Below are positions 62,841 through 64,000 of a stretch of 64,000 nt of DNA, in pieces. The position numbers and the translations under genes were made by a program. The stretch comes from Camelus ferus (Eukaryota), in contig NC_045696.1 in assembly GCF_009834535.1 (NCBI RefSeq), forward strand, positions 63,738,001-63,802,000. The letters run 5' to 3'. The notes under the pieces are model-generated. The model worked only from the letters and a program-made list of their open reading frames with translations, was not told the DNA's origin and did no database searches. How positions within the stretch are numbered: the first letter of the stretch is position 1; every line of letters begins with the position of its first letter.

Positions 62841-64000
62841 AAGCGAGGAACCAGCTGGCAATGGCAGACGGGGGAGGGCAGGAAGGGATCAGTGAGGGGG
62901 ACAAGCCTGGTCTCGCAGCTCTGGTAGTGAAGGCAGTTCAGTTTCACTGACATCGGACAGAAAAAGGGGGAGAAAGATCGCGTGTGTGTGCGTGCAAGTG
63001 TGTGAGCCCGAGTGAGTGCGGGTGTGGACTCCTCTATGGTGACTGCCCGCAGGCTGGGCTGTGGGTAATTTGGAAGGTGTGTTGGGATGGTGTGCATGCT
63101 TCTGTTATTGTTCCCTGGGGTGAGTATACGAGTCTGTCTCCAGAGGGAGAAGACAGTAAATAAGAAGGTAATCAGGCCCAGATGTATCCCTCCAAGGGAA
63201 GTTTCCAGATGTCCTCTCATTAATCCTCAGCCCAAACACGGGTGATGGGTGAGACTCTGTTGATTGTATTTTCAGCTGGGGAGAGTGAGACACACAATGT
63301 GATCACGGCCCAGAATGAGAGCACTGGTTTTGACTACAAGCATCACATGACCCAGGGATAAAGCCCCTGGAGGTCATTTAGTTCATCCTCACCATTTTGC
63401 AGACTAAGAGCCGTGAATTCAATGGTGGAAGAGGGAAAGAGAGACCCCATCAGATTCCCTTTCATGTCCTTCTGAACATGAGTTCTGATGGACAAATTCC
63501 TACCCTAACTCAGCCGGGTGTGTGTCCCAGAAGGATCCCAGGCAGCTGCTCCCTTGCCGTGCCCCACCTCTGCCTTACCTCTTCTCTATTTATATTCCTG
63601 AAGGAATTTCCTGACCCATAAATTCTGAGAGATTTATTATTTCCTGCGGCACCCTTTTGTTGGAAAATGTGGCTTTCCGGTTTCAGACTCAGAACCACAT
63701 TGGGTTTCCAGCTCTCGAGTGGGAGCAGAATTTCTCCTGCATGATAGTGGGAAACATATCAGCTTTGCATCGGCCCCTGAGGGGCTATCAAGGACACGAC
63801 TTACTTTTCCTGGCTCCCAGCTAATGCTGCTGGAACAACGAGATGAGAACATCCCCTCTGCGGGTTGTAAGAGCCACCAAAAGTCCCAGGAGAGCAGAAG
63901 GGCTGGGTTCCTTTGCTCATGTCACCTGGAAGAAGGAGGGGGGCTGTTTTTCTCCAAAACCACTCCCTCTGACTTCAGTCTTCCCTCCTCTACCATGAGG

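Noticed and set aside
1..64000. CRISPR arrays, operons or prokaryotic defence systems
   Set aside because: The sequence is mammalian; no repeat-spacer arrays or gene-dense coding structure seen

Overview
This is mammalian, apparently non-coding genomic DNA, not prokaryotic. It is most likely from a camelid (camel/alpaca/llama): it carries a tRNA-Ala-derived Vic-1-type SINE and cetartiodactyl/camelid-type L1 3' ends, and I saw no Alu, Bov-tA or PRE-1 elements. A large part is ancient interspersed repeat: MIR, L2, L3/CR1, L1M, MLT1 solo LTRs and hAT MITEs (MER5, MER33, MER58), often nested, plus a few younger L1/SINE insertions with target-site duplications (TSDs). I can identify no protein-coding gene; the long ORFs are chance, low-complexity or L1-derived. 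The repeat-free stretches hold candidate regulatory and splicing signals: two strong CTCF motifs, a dense CAGCTG E-box cluster, a minus-strand GC-box+TATA candidate promoter, two plus-strand recursive-splice-like AG|GT sites (56845 and 34062), and candidate exons at 62-64 kb. One young L1 shows a tiny 5' inversion (twin priming). Repeat family names come from recalled consensus sequences and most boundaries are approximate. I cannot support a novel multi-gene system.
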